Positions 9,802 to 19,475 of a DNA stretch of 64,000 nucleotides are shown piece after piece. The stretch is from Myxococcota bacterium (GTDB taxonomy: Bacteria > Myxococcota > UBA4151). The notes below the pieces were generated by a model that saw only the letters and a program-made list of their open reading frames with translations, had not been told where the DNA came from and did no database searches. Numbering within the stretch: position 1 is the stretch's first letter; each line of letters opens with the position of its first letter. The DNA is taken from the NCBI GenBank assembly GCA_036338695.1, contig JAYZBQ010000076.1:59625-123624 (forward strand), in the 5' to 3' direction. The translations under genes and the position numbers were made by a program.

Positions 9802-10547
9802 TGACGCGCGGCTACGCCTTCGCTCAGACGGATGGCGATCGAGAGCGGCGGATTCGCCAGTACATGAGCTTGGTGCACCGGGTGGCGCGCCGGATCGTGC
9901 GCCGGCTCCCGTCGATGGTCGATCTGCAGGACCTTCAGCAGGTCGGCGTCATCGGCTTGATCGACGCGATCGATCGGTACGACTCGAGCCGCTCCGAGCG
10001 TTTCGAGGCTTATGCCGAGTACCGCATCAAGGGTGCGATTTTGGATCACCTGCGCCAGGTCGATCACCTCAGCCGACGTCATCGCGGGCGGATCAACGCC
10101 CTGCGTGAAGCGACCGAGCGGCTGCGCTCCGAGTCCGGCCAGGAGCCCTCAAGCGCCGAGCTAGCGCAAGAGCTCGGGGTCACGGTCGAGCAGGTGGAGT
10201 CGTTGCGTACGGAGGCTAGCAGCAGCTGGATGTCTTACGACGAGGCGGGCGGAAATTCCGAGGGTGGCGGCAGCGGCTCAGGGGGTGCGATTTTAGCGAG
10301 TCTTGAGCGCGGTGATGATGTTCTTGATGTCGTCGCTCAACGAGAAGCGCACGGCATGCTCGCCGACGCCGTGGGTCAGCTCCCGGAGCGCCTGCAGCTG
10401 CTCTTGTCGCTCTACTACCAAGAGGCGCTGACGTATCGAGAGATCGCCGAGGTCTTGTCGGTGACCGTTGGTCGCGTCTCGCAGCTGCACACCGAGGCGA
10501 CCAAGCGTCTGCGCGGTCTGCTTGGCGACAAGTTGGAGCTGGGATGA
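9798..10547 (+). CDS. fliA: RNA polymerase sigma-28 factor FliA
   Basis: DLQQVGVIGLIDAIDRYD, YRIKGAILDHLR, region 4 RVSQLH; follows flhFG. Confidence 0.93.
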   Translation: MMTRGYAFAQTDGDRERRIRQYMSLVHRVARRIVRRLPSMVDLQDLQQVGVIGLIDAIDRYDSSRSERFEAYAEYRIKGAILDHLRQVDHLSRRHRGRINALREATERLRSESGQEPSSAELAQELGVTVEQVESLRTEASSSWMSYDEAGGNSEGGGSGSGGAILASLERGDDVLDVVAQREAHGMLADAVGQLPERLQLLLSLYYQEALTYREIAEVLSVTVGRVSQLHTEATKRLRGLLGDKLELG

Positions 10548-10972
10548 AGCGTTTCGTCTTCGGCCTGGAGACGCTTCGCCGCATACGCATTCAAAAAAGA
10601 CGAGAAGCGGAGGCTGAGCTTGGGCGAGCCAGCGCGCTGTGCGAGCGTATTGCGAGCACCATGAAGTCAACCCAAGACGAGATCACCCAAGGCCCGCAGA
10701 GCCGCGAGCCGAAGTGGGCGTTTCAAGAGCAGGCGTACCTCGCTCGTTTGAAGTCTCGTTTGGAGCAGTTGGCGTCAGAATTGCTCGATGCACGCCGAGT
10801 AGAGGCTGTTTGGCGTCAGAATTTGTCTATCGCTCAGCGCGACGAGGAGATCATCGAGAACCTCCGCGAGGCGCAGTGGGGGCGCTGGCGTAAAGAGATG
10901 CTCAAGGCGGAGCAAAAGGTCCTCGACGACCTCGCGAACAGGCGACCTCAAAAAAAGACGTTCTCGGCCTAA
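10544..10972 (+). CDS. fliJ: Flagellar export protein FliJ
   Basis: MKRFVFGLETLRRIR N-terminus, coiled coil, EQKVLDD C-terminus. Confidence 0.85.
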   Translation: MKRFVFGLETLRRIRIQKRREAEAELGRASALCERIASTMKSTQDEITQGPQSREPKWAFQEQAYLARLKSRLEQLASELLDARRVEAVWRQNLSIAQRDEEIIENLREAQWGRWRKEMLKAEQKVLDDLANRRPQKKTFSA

Positions 10973-10992
10973 ACATTCCCAAAATGTGGGGT

Positions 10993-11007
10993 TGGCACGC
11001 CCCTTGC
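10993..11007 (+). promoter_or_regulatory. Sigma-54 (-24/-12) promoter for the flgF operon
   Basis: TGGCAC-GCCCC-TTGC is an exact TGGCAC-N5-TTGC match, 25 nt before the flgF ATG. Confidence 0.85.
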
Positions 11008-11032
11008 CATGACCTGTGGAGAGGGAGGTGTC

Positions 11033-11791
11033 ATGGCGGATGGACTGTGGACAGCGCTGAGCGGACTGCGCGTGCGGCAGCAGCGGCTCGACAACCTCGC
11101 GAACCGGCTCGCCAACGCGAACACGGTTGGGTTTCGGCGGCAGGTGCACCTCAGCCAGGAGCACCGAAGCTCGCCGGAGCATGTGATCGTTGAGCAGGCG
11201 CCGGCTGATATGACGCTGCGTCATCTCCCGGGCGATCACGTGATGGTGCGCGCCGCTGGGACGCAGCTGCGCGAGGAAGAGGGGGTCATGAATCAGACCG
11301 GGCGCCCCCTCGACCTGGCTCTCCAGGGCGCCCAAGGCTACTTCGTGGTTCAAGATGGCAACGCCCAAGAGATGCTCACCCGCGACGGGCGCTTCCGGAT
11401 CGCGCCGAGCGGCCAGCTCGAGACCCTCGACGGCGCCGCTGTTTTAGGCGAGGGCGGCTCGATCAACTTTCCTCAAGACACCAACCCACAAGAGATCTCG
11501 GTCTTGGCGGACGGGTCGATTCAGGTCGGCGATACGTTGGTGGGACAGCTTCGGCTCGGATACGCCGAGCCACAGGCGCTTGAGGCGGTCGGGAACAACC
11601 GTTTCACAACCGATGAGATCAATGCGGCTCAGGACATCGCAGTCGCCCAAGGATACCAAGAGCAGAGCACGGTAAATGCGGTCAAAGCCATGGTGGATTT
11701 GATCGATACGCACCGCAGTTTTGACGCCAACATGAAGTTGGTCACCAGCTACAAAGAACTCGACCAAGAAGCCGTACAGCTTCTCAGATAA
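11033..11791 (+). CDS. flgF: Flagellar basal-body rod protein FlgF
   Basis: LANRLANANTVGFRR, TGRPLDLAL, TRDGRF, STVNAV; GGAGG RBS before ATG 11033; precedes flgG. Confidence 0.9.
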   Translation: MADGLWTALSGLRVRQQRLDNLANRLANANTVGFRRQVHLSQEHRSSPEHVIVEQAPADMTLRHLPGDHVMVRAAGTQLREEEGVMNQTGRPLDLALQGAQGYFVVQDGNAQEMLTRDGRFRIAPSGQLETLDGAAVLGEGGSINFPQDTNPQEISVLADGSIQVGDTLVGQLRLGYAEPQALEAVGNNRFTTDEINAAQDIAVAQGYQEQSTVNAVKAMVDLIDTHRSFDANMKLVTSYKELDQEAVQLLR

Positions 11792-11801
11792 GGAGTAAGG
11801 A

Positions 11802-12587
11802 ATGCTTCGAGCACTGCACATCGCTGCGACGGGTATGGATGCCCAGGAAAAGAAGATGGACGTCACGTCCAACAACCTCGCCAACGTTAACACGTTCGGC
11901 TTCAAAAAGGGGCGAGCCGAGTTTCAGGACCTTCTGTACCAGACGGTCAAAGCGCCGGGCACCTCAACAGGTCAGGGCACCGAGAGCCCAAGCGGGATCC
12001 AGGTCGGCCTCGGTACGCGCCATGTCAGCACGCGGCGGGACTTCGCCACAGGGAGCTTTACGCAGACTGGAAACAACTATGACCTCGCCATCGAGGGCGA
12101 AGGGTTCTTTCAGGTCACGCAGCCCAACGGCGAGATCGGCTTTACGCGCGCCGGGAACTTCACGGTCGATAATCAAGGTCGCATGGTCACCGCCGACGGC
12201 TACCCGCTCGAGCCGCAGGTCGTGCTGCCGCCAGACGCCTTGTCGATGACGATCGCCGCCAACGGCATCGTCTCGGTCGTTCAGGCGGGTCAGACGCAGG
12301 CGACGGAGCTTGGACAGATTCAGCTGGCGCGCTTTACCAACCCTGGCGGCCTGCGCGCGCTCGGGCGGAACCTGCTGCAGCAGACCAGCGCCTCGGGGCA
12401 GGCGGTGGTCGGAAACCCAGGCGACGCAGGCATCGGCTCGCTCTCACAAGGGTTTATCGAGACCAGCAACGTCAACGTCGTCGAGGAGATGGTCAGCTTG
12501 ATCGTCGGGCAGCGCTCGTATGAGGCGAACTCCAAAGTGATCACAGCGTCGGATGAGATGCTGCGTTCGGCGACGAACTTACGCTGA
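11802..12587 (+). CDS. flgG: Flagellar distal rod protein FlgG
   Basis: SNNLANVNTFGFKK, EFQDLLYQ, SNVNVVEEMV. Confidence 0.97.
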   Translation: MLRALHIAATGMDAQEKKMDVTSNNLANVNTFGFKKGRAEFQDLLYQTVKAPGTSTGQGTESPSGIQVGLGTRHVSTRRDFATGSFTQTGNNYDLAIEGEGFFQVTQPNGEIGFTRAGNFTVDNQGRMVTADGYPLEPQVVLPPDALSMTIAANGIVSVVQAGQTQATELGQIQLARFTNPGGLRALGRNLLQQTSASGQAVVGNPGDAGIGSLSQGFIETSNVNVVEEMVSLIVGQRSYEANSKVITASDEMLRSATNLR

Positions 12588-13489
12588 TGTTAACCGCTGT
12601 CTTCCTCAGCGCCTTGGTGGCGCTACCGGCTCGCGTCGAGGTCAGCGAAGGGACGCTGACCGCCGCCGACCTCGTCGGCGGCGCTGCGGTGACCGTTGGC
12701 GACGCGCAGCGGATGCGAACCATTGGCCTTGGGCGCGCGCCGGCTGCCGGTCAGGTAAGACGGATCAGCGGCCCTTACCTAAGGCGCTTGCTGCGCGCCG
12801 CCAAGGTTCGTGGCGTGCGCGTACCCGGTCAGATCGAGCTGGTCGGACGCGCCGAGGTGATCACCGCGAAGGATCAGCTGGAGGCGGTGACGGCTTATCT
12901 CAAGAAGCGACTCGGCCGCGACGGACAGATCACCTCAGTGCAACCCTTTCAAAACGTCACCGACGTGAAGGTGCCACCGGGCGCTCGAATCAGCAGCGTT
13001 GCGCCGGTTGGCGAGGACCCTTTTCGCTCCCGATCGACCTTTAAGTTGGTGATCCGTCGGCGTGGGCAAGTGGTCGCAAGGCGTTACCCTCAGGTGACGA
13101 TTGAGGGACAAGCGAGCGTGCGCGTGGCGCGTGCTGTGATCCCAGCGCGCAAAGCGATCGGGCGCGGCGATGTGCGCGCCGCCACGCTGCCGCTGAGTCA
13201 GGTCCCGACGCAGGCGCTCGGCGCCTTTCGGCTGGCCGGTATGTTGGCGAGTCGACGCTTGGCGGTGGGGCGAGTGATCTCGCGCCGAGACCTCAAGGCG
13301 CCGCCCGTTGTGTTGCGCGGTCAGCGCGTCCGAATTGAGCTCAAAGCCGCCGCTGTCTCGGTCTCGACGGCTGGTGAGGCGCTCGCCGATGCCGCCGTCG
13401 GTCAGCGCGTGAGCGTCCGAAATCTTTCAAGCGGGCGCAGACTGCAAGCCTGGGTCCGAGGCCCTGGAGTCGTGGAGGTGACCCCATGA
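12587..13489 (+). CDS. flgA: P-ring assembly chaperone FlgA
   Basis: Signal peptide, SAF-type C-terminus VLRGQRV...GEAL..AAVGQRVSVRNLSSGR; lies between flgG and flgH. Confidence 0.9.
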   Translation: MLTAVFLSALVALPARVEVSEGTLTAADLVGGAAVTVGDAQRMRTIGLGRAPAAGQVRRISGPYLRRLLRAAKVRGVRVPGQIELVGRAEVITAKDQLEAVTAYLKKRLGRDGQITSVQPFQNVTDVKVPPGARISSVAPVGEDPFRSRSTFKLVIRRRGQVVARRYPQVTIEGQASVRVARAVIPARKAIGRGDVRAATLPLSQVPTQALGAFRLAGMLASRRLAVGRVISRRDLKAPPVVLRGQRVRIELKAAAVSVSTAGEALADAAVGQRVSVRNLSSGRRLQAWVRGPGVVEVTP

Positions 13490-14178
13490 TGCGTTATCTG
13501 ACGGTGCTCGCCGTATTGACCACGGGATGTGTCAAGCACATCGAGAGCTACGCCCCAAGAACTCGAGATTGGTCAAAGATTGAGACGAAACGTCTCGACG
13601 ACGCCCACGCGCCCAAGCCGTCACCGGGCAGCCTCTTCGTTGACGATGGCGACGACCTCTTCGCTTATCGCCGGGCGACACGCACCGGGGATGTTGTGAC
13701 CGTCCGAATTGACGAGCAGAGCCTCGCCGATGGCGAAGCGAACACGAATTTGGACCGACAGAGCTCCTATCAAGCGGGTGTGACGGCGATGTTGGGGCTG
13801 ATGAACCAGCTCGCCACGGCGGATGATCGGATCACCCCTGCGACCATGGCGAACGCCAGCAGCACCTCGAAGTTCAAGGGCGCTGGCTCGAGCGATCGGA
13901 CGACCTCGGTGCAGGCGACCATCCCAGCCATTGTCGTGGGCCGGAACCGTTCAGGTTTGCTCCGGATCGAGGGGCACCGGGTGATCCAGGTGAACCAAGA
14001 AGAGCACCATTTTTACATCTCTGGGCTGGTGCGTCGTGACGACATCAACGATCAAAACGAGATCCCCTCGGCGCGTATCGCCGAGGCGGAGATGGAATTT
14101 ACGGGGCGGGGTACGGTGACCAATCAGGCGCGTCAGGGCTGGTTGCACAACGTGCTCGACGTCATCTGGCCGTTCTAA
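13486..14178 (+). CDS. flgH: Flagellar L-ring lipoprotein FlgH
   Basis: Lipobox LTTGC, GSLF, GDVVTVRIDE, GLVRRDDI...SARIAEA, C-terminal WPF. Confidence 0.94.
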   Translation: MMRYLTVLAVLTTGCVKHIESYAPRTRDWSKIETKRLDDAHAPKPSPGSLFVDDGDDLFAYRRATRTGDVVTVRIDEQSLADGEANTNLDRQSSYQAGVTAMLGLMNQLATADDRITPATMANASSTSKFKGAGSSDRTTSVQATIPAIVVGRNRSGLLRIEGHRVIQVNQEEHHFYISGLVRRDDINDQNEIPSARIAEAEMEFTGRGTVTNQARQGWLHNVLDVIWPF

Positions 14179-14184
14179 GGAGTC

Positions 14185-15279
14185 ATGATGCGAGGATTGC
14201 TTCTCATTCTGGCGGTAAGCGCTGCGCAGCCTGCGCAGGCGGCGCGCCTCAAGGAGCTTGTGAGTTTTGAGGGCGTTCGGGCCAACCACTTGACCGGCTA
14301 CGGTCTCGTCGTCGGGCTCAACGGCCAAGGCGATAACGACTCCGCACGTTTTACCGTCAAGAGTTTGGCTGCCTTGATGCAGCGTCAAGGCGTCAACGTC
14401 TCGGAGCGTGAGATTCGTGTCAAAAATGTCGCTGCGGTGATGGTGACCACCAAGCTCCCACCCTTCGCAAGGCCCGGTCAAAAGCTCGACGTCTCGGTCT
14501 CGTCGACCGGTAACGCCAAGAGCCTCCAAGGGGGGACCTTGCTGCTGACGCGATTAAAGGGGGCGGATGGGCGCGTCTATGCGCTCGTTCAAGGCGCCCT
14601 GACCATCGGCGGCTTCTCGCTCGGTGGTGGTGGTGGCGGTGATCAAGCCCAGAAGAACCACCCCACGGTCGGGACCATCCCAGGTGGCGCCATCGTCGAG
14701 CGCGCCGCGCCGCGCAGCCTCGGAGCCGGTCAGCCGCTGCGTATTCAGTTGCATCGTCCCGATTTCACGACCGCCGCACGTGTCGCCAAGGTGATCAATG
14801 AGGCGCTAGGGACGCGCGCAGCGCGGGCCATGGATCCCGGCAGCGTGGAGGTGCAGTTGCCCGATCGCTTTGAGGGGCGACCGGTCGAGCTGATCGCTGG
14901 CATCGAGAACCTGCAGGTGCAGCAAGATGCGGTGGCGCGCGTGATCGTCAATGAGCGTACGGGCACCATCGTGATGGGTGAAGGCGTCCGCATCAGCACC
15001 GTCGCGATCAGTCACGGGAACCTGGTCCTGCAGGTGGAGGCCGACCAGAAGATTGTGCAGCCTCAGGCGCTCGCTGAGGGCGAAACCGCTGTGCAGAATA
15101 ACGAGAAGGTGACGGTCACCGAGCAGAGCTCCGGTCTGGCTGTCGTCAAGCAAGGCGCAACCCTCGGCAGGGTGGTGCGGGCGCTCAACGCGCTGGGCGT
15201 CAGCACCAGGGATCTGATCGCCATCCTTCAGGCGATGCGGACGGCGGGTGCGCTCGAGGCTGAGCTTGAGGTCTTATGA
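14185..15279 (+). CDS. flgI: Flagellar P-ring protein FlgI
   Basis: GVRANHLTGYGLVVGLNGQGD, KNVAAVMVT, NERTGTIV. Confidence 0.97.
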   Translation: MMRGLLLILAVSAAQPAQAARLKELVSFEGVRANHLTGYGLVVGLNGQGDNDSARFTVKSLAALMQRQGVNVSEREIRVKNVAAVMVTTKLPPFARPGQKLDVSVSSTGNAKSLQGGTLLLTRLKGADGRVYALVQGALTIGGFSLGGGGGGDQAQKNHPTVGTIPGGAIVERAAPRSLGAGQPLRIQLHRPDFTTAARVAKVINEALGTRAARAMDPGSVEVQLPDRFEGRPVELIAGIENLQVQQDAVARVIVNERTGTIVMGEGVRISTVAISHGNLVLQVEADQKIVQPQALAEGETAVQNNEKVTVTEQSSGLAVVKQGATLGRVVRALNALGVSTRDLIAILQAMRTAGALEAELEVL

Positions 15280-16007
15280 AAACCTCTCTGGCTGACCTTG
15301 CGGCGTACCAACAGGCGGCGCGCACGCAGCGCAACGCAAGCGATCAGCTGAAGGCGGGGGGCGTAGAGGCTGCGGCGAAAGCCTTTGAGGCGATGTTTAT
15401 CAAGATGCTCCTCGACGCCATGCCCGAGTCTGAAGACAGCGCCATCTCCGGCGGCTTCGGCGGCGGCGTCTGGCGCGATATGTTGCACCAAGAATACGCC
15501 TCGCAGGCCTCGAAACAAAAAGGTTTTGGGATCGCCGAGGCGATCGTCCGGCAGATGGGACCTCAAGCTCAGGTCACCCCCACCGAGCCCTTATCGCCGC
15601 TGGCAGGCGCGCTGCGCCGAACGAGCGCCTTTGGGCCGCGTGTGCACCCGATCACCGGTCAACACCACCACCACACCGGCGTCGATTACGCTGCGCCCAC
15701 GGGCACCCCGGTTCGTTCCATCCTGGACGCCGAGGTCGTTTTTGCCGGCCCCAAAGGGGGCTATGGCCAGCTGGTTGAGCTGCGTCACGCAGACGGTACG
15801 ACGACGCGCTACGCGCACCTTGATCGAATTGATGTCACCCTCGGGCAGCGTCTTGAGCGCGGTGAGCTGCTCGGAACGGTCGGCTCGACCGGTCAGAGCA
15901 CCGGACCTCACCTGCACTTTGAGGTGCGTCAAAACGGTCAAGCGATCGACCCAGAGCCCTACCTCAAGGCTCAGGCGAGCCAGCCCGTCGCGCGGCGCGG
16001 GCGCTGA
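15276..16007 (+). CDS. flgJ: FlgJ rod-binding domain fused to an M23 metallopeptidase
   Basis: AAKAFEAMFIKMLL..M and GIAEAIVRQM (rod-binding); HTGVD, YAHL, STGPHLHFEV (M23). Confidence 0.9.
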   Translation: MKTSLADLAAYQQAARTQRNASDQLKAGGVEAAAKAFEAMFIKMLLDAMPESEDSAISGGFGGGVWRDMLHQEYASQASKQKGFGIAEAIVRQMGPQAQVTPTEPLSPLAGALRRTSAFGPRVHPITGQHHHHTGVDYAAPTGTPVRSILDAEVVFAGPKGGYGQLVELRHADGTTTRYAHLDRIDVTLGQRLERGELLGTVGSTGQSTGPHLHFEVRQNGQAIDPEPYLKAQASQPVARRGR

Positions 16008-16021
16008 GCACCGAAACCGGG

Positions 16022-16133
16022 TAAAAGCTTTTCGAGCGCGTACCGTTAACTGGGTTGCGGAGCGGTCGGCGCGCCGTTCGACCCGTAGGGTCGGTTAGAA
16101 TTTTCTAAAGCCGTTCGGCGATTGCGTCGTTGA
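16022..16133 (+). promoter_or_regulatory. Two tandem candidate sigma-28 promoters upstream of flgM
   Basis: TAAA(16022)-N16-ACCGTTAA and TAAA(16106)-N16-GTCGTTGA resemble TAAA-N15/16-GCCGATAA. Confidence 0.5.
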
Positions 16134-16193
16134 ACGGCATGAACAGTCTTGCGCGACGCCAAGGACGGTTGAGCGTAGAGGGAGGAGGGGAAG

Positions 16194-16505
16194 ATGAGTA
16201 TCGACTCCTTAGGAAAAACCACCGGGGTGCCGAAGCCGGCGTCTACGGTCGAGCGTAAAGAGGGGCTGGCGGCCCCGAAAGCGGTCGAGGGTGCAACTGC
16301 GTCGCGTGTCGATTTGAGCGTGAAGCGGTTCGAAGGTGCGATCAAAGCGGCGTCGAAAGAGTTGACCGCAGCGGATGAAGCCCGTCTCGACGGGTTGCGT
16401 CAGCAGATCGCATCGGGGGATTACGCCCTAAACCCAGCTGATATTGCGCGCTCGATCATGGAAGACCGCGCCTTCTTTTCATCGCTAAGCGGCGATAAGG
16501 AGTAG
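16194..16505 (+). CDS. flgM: Anti-sigma-28 factor FlgM
   Basis: RVDLS and RLDGLRQQIASGDYALNPADIARSI C-terminal motif. Confidence 0.92.
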   Translation: MSIDSLGKTTGVPKPASTVERKEGLAAPKAVEGATASRVDLSVKRFEGAIKAASKELTAADEARLDGLRQQIASGDYALNPADIARSIMEDRAFFSSLSGDKE

Positions 16506-16507
16506 GC

Positions 16508-16801
16508 GTGTCCGCGGCCGACAAGCTCACGGCCCTGTTGGTTGAAGAAGAAGCCGCCCTGCGTCGTGGTGACGCAGAGGCGGTGCTTCTTTTTGCGAAG
16601 CGTAAAGAGGAGCTCGTGCGCTCGCTCAGCGAGGACCCGCCCGAAGAGGCGGTCTTGAGCGCATTGCTCGAAAAGAACCGCGCCAACGGCCTCCTGGCGC
16701 GCAGCGGCTTGGCGCTCTTGAACCAGGTCCTGGGCAACCCCTCAACGTACGGCGCAGACCCGACGGATCGGTCGGGGCGTTTTTTGAGCGAGAGCGCCTG
16801 A
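16508..16801 (+). CDS. flgN: Flagellar export chaperone FlgN (short form)
   Basis: EEEAALRRGD...KEEL, NRANGLL, TY motif; lies between flgM and flgK. Confidence 0.8.
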   Translation: MSAADKLTALLVEEEAALRRGDAEAVLLFAKRKEELVRSLSEDPPEEAVLSALLEKNRANGLLARSGLALLNQVLGNPSTYGADPTDRSGRFLSESA

Positions 16802-16802
16802 T

Positions 16803-18230
16803 ATGGGGATCAGGGGCTCCTTCACTACGCTGAGCATTGGGCGAAACAGCCTCCTTGCGCATCGCACGGCGCTCGACACGGTGGGCCACAACCTCGCTAA
16901 CTCGGGGGTTGAGGGGTACACTCGTCAACGAGCGCACTACGCGCCGCTGCCTCCGTCGGCGACGACCATCGGGTCGATCGGCACGGGGGTGCGCATCGAC
17001 ACCATCCAGCGCATGGGGCACAGCCTGGTCGAGCGGCGGCTCGATCAAGACGCCTCCGATCAACACGAAGCGCAGGCACGCTTGAACTTTCTCAACCAGA
17101 TCGAGGTCGTGTTCACCGATGAGTCCTGGGGGATTTCGTCCGGAATGACCGCCTTCTTCAACAGCTTTCGTGACCTGAGCCGTAACCCCGGCTCGATGGT
17201 ACAGCGCGCCGAGGTCGTGGCGCGCGCAGGCGACATGGCGCGTCGCTTCCAGACCGCCGCAGATCGGATCGAAGGGCTGCGTTCGGACCTCGACGCTGAG
17301 CTCTCAGCGCATGCTGCCGAGATCACGGAGCTCTCGGCGACCGTCGCTGACCTCAACCGGGAGATCCGGGACGTCGAGTCGGACGTGGGCATCGCCAACG
17401 ACCTGCGAGATCAGCGTCAGCGCGTGGTGCGAGAGATCGCCGAGCTGGTCGAGATCCGCACGCACAACGACTCGGATGGGAACGTGATCGTGCAGATGAC
17501 CAGCGGTCACACCTTGGTGTCGGGGCGACGCTCTGGATCGCTCACAGTGCGCGCCAACCCCAACAACAACGGCTTGGCTTCGATCATTTACACCGACGCC
17601 GACGGCACCAAGCCGGCTGACGTCACCAACGCAGTCCAGGGCGGCGAGCTCGGTGGGAAGATCAACGCGCGGGACAACGCATCGAGCGATGCCCTTGATC
17701 AGCTCGACAATTTAGCCTTTCTCTTGGTCGAAGAGGTGAACAATCAGCACCGAGCTGGGTTTAGCCTCTCCGTGGGCGGCAACCCGCCGACCGACCAACA
17801 AAATTTCTTCAGCGCCTTTGGCGGGGTCCCGGGGTCGGCGCAGGCCATCGAGATCGACCCGGCGGTGCTTGCGGACCCGAGCTTGATCGCCGCGTCATCG
17901 ACGGCGGGTGGCTCTCCCGGGAACAACGAGAACGCCTTGGCGCTGGCAGCGCTTGAGGAGGCTGCGATCATTAACGGCAGCCGCCCACATGACTTTTGGT
18001 CAGACCAGGTTCGACGGATCGGCGATCAGGTCGCCCGAGCCCGTCGTGACACCGACAACTACGATGCCCGGATGGAGCAGAGCACAGCGCTGCGCGAGGC
18101 GATCTCCGGCGTCAGCGTAGACGAAGAGCTCGCCGAACTGGTCAAAATTCAGACCTCGTTTGAGGCGTCGGCGAAGGTGATCACGACCGCCGATGAGATG
18201 CTCCAAGCCGTCCTGAACATGAAGAGGTAA
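16803..18230 (+). CDS. flgK: Hook-associated protein FlgK
   Basis: GHNLANSGVEGYTRQR, NDLRDQR, SGVSVDEE. Confidence 0.95.
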   Translation: MGIRGSFTTLSIGRNSLLAHRTALDTVGHNLANSGVEGYTRQRAHYAPLPPSATTIGSIGTGVRIDTIQRMGHSLVERRLDQDASDQHEAQARLNFLNQIEVVFTDESWGISSGMTAFFNSFRDLSRNPGSMVQRAEVVARAGDMARRFQTAADRIEGLRSDLDAELSAHAAEITELSATVADLNREIRDVESDVGIANDLRDQRQRVVREIAELVEIRTHNDSDGNVIVQMTSGHTLVSGRRSGSLTVRANPNNNGLASIIYTDADGTKPADVTNAVQGGELGGKINARDNASSDALDQLDNLAFLLVEEVNNQHRAGFSLSVGGNPPTDQQNFFSAFGGVPGSAQAIEIDPAVLADPSLIAASSTAGGSPGNNENALALAALEEAAIINGSRPHDFWSDQVRRIGDQVARARRDTDNYDARMEQSTALREAISGVSVDEELAELVKIQTSFEASAKVITTADEMLQAVLNMKR

Positions 18231-18233
18231 CCC

Positions 18234-19130
18234 ATGGTCTTTCGCGTGACTTCGACCGCCTCGCACATGCGCCGTATCTCGGCGATGAACCGGACCCTGA
18301 CCGGGATGGATCGCGTCGAGCGGCAGCTCAGCAGCGGGCGACGTTTTGAGCGCCCGGGTGAGGACCCAGAAGCCTCTGCGCGGGTTCTGCGCATTAGCCG
18401 TAAGCAAGACGATATCGTGACCTACGGCGAGAACGTCGAGGCAGGGCGCGGGATGCTCAACCGCGCCGAGTCCGCGGTGGTTGCGCTGACCGGGGTGATC
18501 AACTCCGCTCGCTCGCTCGCCTTGAAGATGTCTGACAGCTTCTACGACGGCGAGCGGACCGGTCAGGTCGATCTGAGCAACGGTTTGATCGACTCGGCGC
18601 TGGATCTACTCAACACGACTTATGATGACATGTACATTTTTGGTGGACACGCCAATGATCAGCCGCCGTATGAGCTCAACAACGGCGCGGCGCAGTTTAA
18701 CGGCAACGATGGGCTGATGCAGCTCGATGTCTCAGACGGTGCGCGCTCGCAGGTGACGATCAACGCTGAGGTGCATTTCAATGGAAACGGCGGCGGCGAG
18801 GACGTTTTGGCGCTGCTGATCGAGCTGCGAGATCAGATGGCTGCGGACAGCCAAGCCGGCGTTGCGGCGACGCTCGATCGGTTTGAGAACGCCGTGGCGC
18901 AGATAAGCCAGACCGCCTCCGAGCTCGGGACGCTGTACCAGCGACTCGAGGTGCACGAGCGCGTGAACGAAGTGCAGGACGTCGAGCTTGAGCGCCTGCG
19001 CAGCACGATTGAAGACACGGATTACGCCGAGGCGGCGGCGACGATGAGCTTACGCCAGACGGCTTATCAGGCGAGCCTCGCTGCTACCGCCCGAGTTCAG
19101 GGGATGAGTCTCCTGAACTTCATGCGCTAA
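18234..19130 (+). CDS. flgL: Hook-filament junction protein FlgL
   Basis: QLSSGRRFERPGEDP, YIFGG, EDTDYAEA...YQASL...SLLNFMR. Confidence 0.93.
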   Translation: MVFRVTSTASHMRRISAMNRTLTGMDRVERQLSSGRRFERPGEDPEASARVLRISRKQDDIVTYGENVEAGRGMLNRAESAVVALTGVINSARSLALKMSDSFYDGERTGQVDLSNGLIDSALDLLNTTYDDMYIFGGHANDQPPYELNNGAAQFNGNDGLMQLDVSDGARSQVTINAEVHFNGNGGGEDVLALLIELRDQMAADSQAGVAATLDRFENAVAQISQTASELGTLYQRLEVHERVNEVQDVELERLRSTIEDTDYAEAAATMSLRQTAYQASLAATARVQGMSLLNFMR

Positions 19131-19199
19131 TCGGTGTAGACCCACCCTCGTGAACCAGGTTAGCTGACCCAGCACAGACGATGAGACACCACCGAAACG

Positions 19200-19475
19200 A
19201 TGCTCACACTTAGCCGACGAGAAGGTCACGCCATCCGCATTGGCGACTCGATTCGGATCGTGATCTCGGAGATCCGCGGGAACACGGTGCGCATCGGGAT
19301 CGAAGCGCCGCGTGAGCTTCAGGTGTTTCGCGAAGAGCTCTGGCTTAAGATTCAAGAAGAAAACCGCGCCGCCGCAGAAGGCCCCGATCGCGACGCTTTG
19401 GACGCGTTTTTGGATGCCTTTGGACTCGACGGTGCGAACCCACAACATGGCGGAAGCGGAACCCAAGATGAGTGA
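19200..19475 (+). CDS. csrA: Translational regulator CsrA with a FliW-type C-terminal extension
   Basis: MLTLSRREG..IRIGD, VRIGIEAP..VFREE, KIQEENRAA extension; adjacent to fliW. Confidence 0.95.
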   Translation: MLTLSRREGHAIRIGDSIRIVISEIRGNTVRIGIEAPRELQVFREELWLKIQEENRAAAEGPDRDALDAFLDAFGLDGANPQHGGSGTQDE

